From contig JBBQMH010000005.1 in assembly GCA_038328755.1 (NCBI GenBank), positions 88-64,087 on the forward strand: a stretch of DNA of 64,000 bases, read 5' to 3'. The position numbers and the translations under genes are program-made. The notes under the pieces are model-generated. The model worked only from the letters and a program-made list of their open reading frames with translations. It was not told the origin of the DNA and searched no databases. Origin of the DNA: Candidatus Limnocylindrales bacterium. GTDB taxonomy: Bacteria; Chloroflexota; Limnocylindria; Limnocylindrales; CSP1-4. Of the stretch, positions 62,398 through 64,000 are shown in pieces; position 1 is the stretch's first letter; each line of letters starts with the position of its first letter.

Positions 62398-64000
62398 TTG
62401 ACTGGCCCCGTGTCGGGTGAGCCCGTGCGGGACGGGACCACAGCGCGTGCCGGGACACGGGACGGCGTGCGCAGCATCCTGATCCTCCTCGCGCTCGGTC
62501 TCATCTTCCGCGTCATCATCGCATACCTCCTGCCCGGTTCCGGCTTTGCGAACGACATCAGCGCGTTCCAGTACTGGGCGTCGAACCTGGCCAGCCAGGG
62601 CCCCGGCGGCTTCTACGACCGGGACTTCTTCCACGACTACACGCCGGGCTATCTGTACGTGCTGTGGGTGGTCGGCCTCATTGGCCAGGGGTTCGCCGGC
62701 GTCGGCGACCTGGTCAAGGTTCCGCCGATCCTGGGCGATATAGCACTCGCCTACCTGGCCTGGTCGATGACCCTGGAGCTCGGGGCCAGTCGTCGATCGG
62801 CCCGGCTCGCGGCTCTGATCGTGGTGGTCAACCCGATCACCTGGTTCGACAGCGTCGTGTGGGCCCAGGTCGATTCGGTCGATGTCGTCTTCCTGCTCCT
62901 CGGGTTGCGCGAGCTGTGGCGCGACCGGCCGGAGCGGGCCGCCGTCCTGACCGTCATCGGCGCGCTCATCAAGCCCCAGCTCGGGATCCTCATTCCGATC
63001 GTGGCCGCGGTGACCATCCGGCGAGCCCTGTGGCCGAGCGGTGGGTTCGGCGACGAGGAGCCCGTCCCTCCCGGCCGATCGACGACCGCCTGGGAGCTCC
63101 GCACGGCCGGGCCCATCCGCATCGTGACGACCGGCGTCGCGGGCCTCGTCACCGCGCTCGCGCTGTCGTGGCCGTTCGCTCTCTCGTTCTTCGGTCTCAT
63201 CGTCCAGATCTTCAAGACCGCGGGCGGCTACCCGTACCTCTCGGTCAACGCCTGGAATCCGTGGGCGCTCGTGACCTTCGACGGAAGCGGTATTGCCAGC
63301 AACTCCGCCTGGGTGTGCGACATGCTCACCCCGGCCTGCGGTCGCGCCTTCTCGATCGGCCCGATCCCGGCCGTGGTCGTGGGCACCGCGCTGACGCTGG
63401 CCCTGTTCGTCCTGGTGAGCGTGCTCGTCGCTCGCCGCCCCGACCGTCGGACCATGCTCGTTGGTCTCGTGGTCCTGGCGCTCGCGTTCTTCGTCGTCCC
63501 GACCCGCGTCCACGAGCGCTACCTGTATCCGCTGGTGGCACTCGGCGCGATCCTGGCCTCGATCTCGTGGCGCTGGACCATCGCCTATGTCGCGTCGAGC
63601 CTCGCGACGATCGCGAACATGTACTTCGTCCTGACGACGCTCTACCCGGACAACCCGAGCATCGAGGACTGGCTGGGTACGGGACGAGCCCTCGGCAGTG
63701 TCCCGGTCGTGGCACTCGCCGCGACCATCCAGACTGTCGTCCTCCTGTTCGCGTTCTCGGAGCTACGCTGCTCCGCGTCCGCGCGACTGCAGGTCGCCAT
63801 AGCTCGGCGCGCACCGGAACCCGAGCCGGAACCGGAACCGGAACCGTGGTCCGAGCCAGAGCCGACCGCGTGGCTCACGAGCCCGAAACCGCCGACCACC
63901 TCGTCCGAACGACCGGGGTCAGGCCTGGGCGCCACGACGACCCTTGACCCAGCGACGGGCGTCCGTCCGGCGTGGGACGACCGGCCAACATCGGGCGAAC
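62398..64000 (+). CDS. GT-C membrane glycosyltransferase (Gpi18/PIG-V- or GT39-like), runs off right edge
   Basis: Not in the ORF track because there is no stop in the window. AGGAGG (62383-62388) lies 9 nt before TTG 62398. My translation reads ...VRSILILLALGLIFRVIIAYLLPGSGFANDISAFQYWASNLASQGPGGFYDRDFFHDYTPGYLYVLW... It is polytopic throughout and has a late [11 protein letters not shown] stretch. Confidence 0.6.
   Translation, partial: MTGPVSGEPVRDGTTARAGTRDGVRSILILLALGLIFRVIIAYLLPGSGFANDISAFQYWASNLASQGPGGFYDRDFFHDYTPGYLYVLWVVGLIGQGFAGVGDLVKVPPILGDIALAYLAWSMTLELGASRRSARLAALIVVVNPITWFDSVVWAQVDSVDVVFLLLGLRELWRDRPERAAVLTVIGALIKPQLGILIPIVAAVTIRRALWPSGGFGDEEPVPPGRSTTAWELRTAGPIRIVTTGVAGLVTALALSWPFALSFFGLIVQIFKTAGGYPYLSVNAWNPWALVTFDGSGIASNSAWVCDMLTPACGRAFSIGPIPAVVVGTALTLALFVLVSVLVARRPDRRTMLVGLVVLALAFFVVPTRVHERYLYPLVALGAILASISWRWTIAYVASSLATIANMYFVLTTLYPDNPSIEDWLGTGRALGSVPVVALAATIQTVVLLFAFSELRCSASARLQVAIARRAPEPEPEPEPEPWSEPEPTAWLTSPKPPTTSSERPGSGLGATTTLDPATGVRPAWDDRPTSGE

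Noticed and set aside
62664-63947. 427-aa plus-strand ORF (Arg/Pro/Gly/Asp-rich) listed in the track
   Set aside because: It is the wrong frame of the edge-truncated GT-C gene. The frame starting at TTG 62398 gives a coherent polytopic membrane protein with GT-C-like N-terminal motifs.

Overview
High-GC bacterial chromosome segment covering the replication-origin neighbourhood of a Terrabacteria-type genome (Actinomycetota- or Chloroflexota-like; I cannot resolve this without database searches). It is almost entirely core housekeeping DNA. I saw no transposase, integrase, CRISPR array, rRNA or tRNA. Left to right: (1) A minus-strand block holds the ATP synthase operon atpZ-B-E-F-H-A-G-D (atpD truncated at the left edge). 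It is preceded by the conserved wecA, glyA, tsaC, HAD, prmC, prfA, DUF1385, rpmE, rpmA, rplU string, then DUF2344, transporters, a CBS protein and mreD-mrdA-rodA. (2) A strand switch at about 23.1 kb is marked by a perfect parS palindrome. After it comes a plus-strand block: parA-parB-gyrB (overlapping stop/start codons), thioesterase, AlkD-like, gyrA, prs, secA, a cysteine-rich small ORF, prfB (canonical +1 frameshift site), GNAT, ftsE, ftsX, ctpA, smpB, a proline-racemase-family gene and tmRNA (ssrA). (3) About 1.1 kb of lower-GC, poorly coding DNA follows, then fur. (4) A minus-strand block holds vanW, jag, yidC, yidD, rnpA and rpmH. (5) A plus-strand block holds dnaA, a DnaA-box cluster (candidate oriC), dnaN, recF, DUF721, a membrane PP2C-like pseudophosphatase and a bifunctional nuclease. 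(6) The window ends with a glycosylation cluster of one GT2 polyprenyl-phosphate-sugar synthase plus three GT-C membrane glycosyltransferases, the last running off the right edge. The most unusual items are: an 8-Cys small protein translationally coupled to prfB, long low-complexity C-terminal tails on AtpA and L21, the PP2C-like pseudophosphatase, the triple GT-C cluster, a roughly 22-kb block of essential genes oriented head-on to the candidate origin, and recF lacking any ATG/GTG/TTG start. All functional calls come from my own reading of motifs and synteny; no searches were run. The many long Arg/Gly/Asp-rich ORFs antisense to clear genes are treated as high-GC artefacts.
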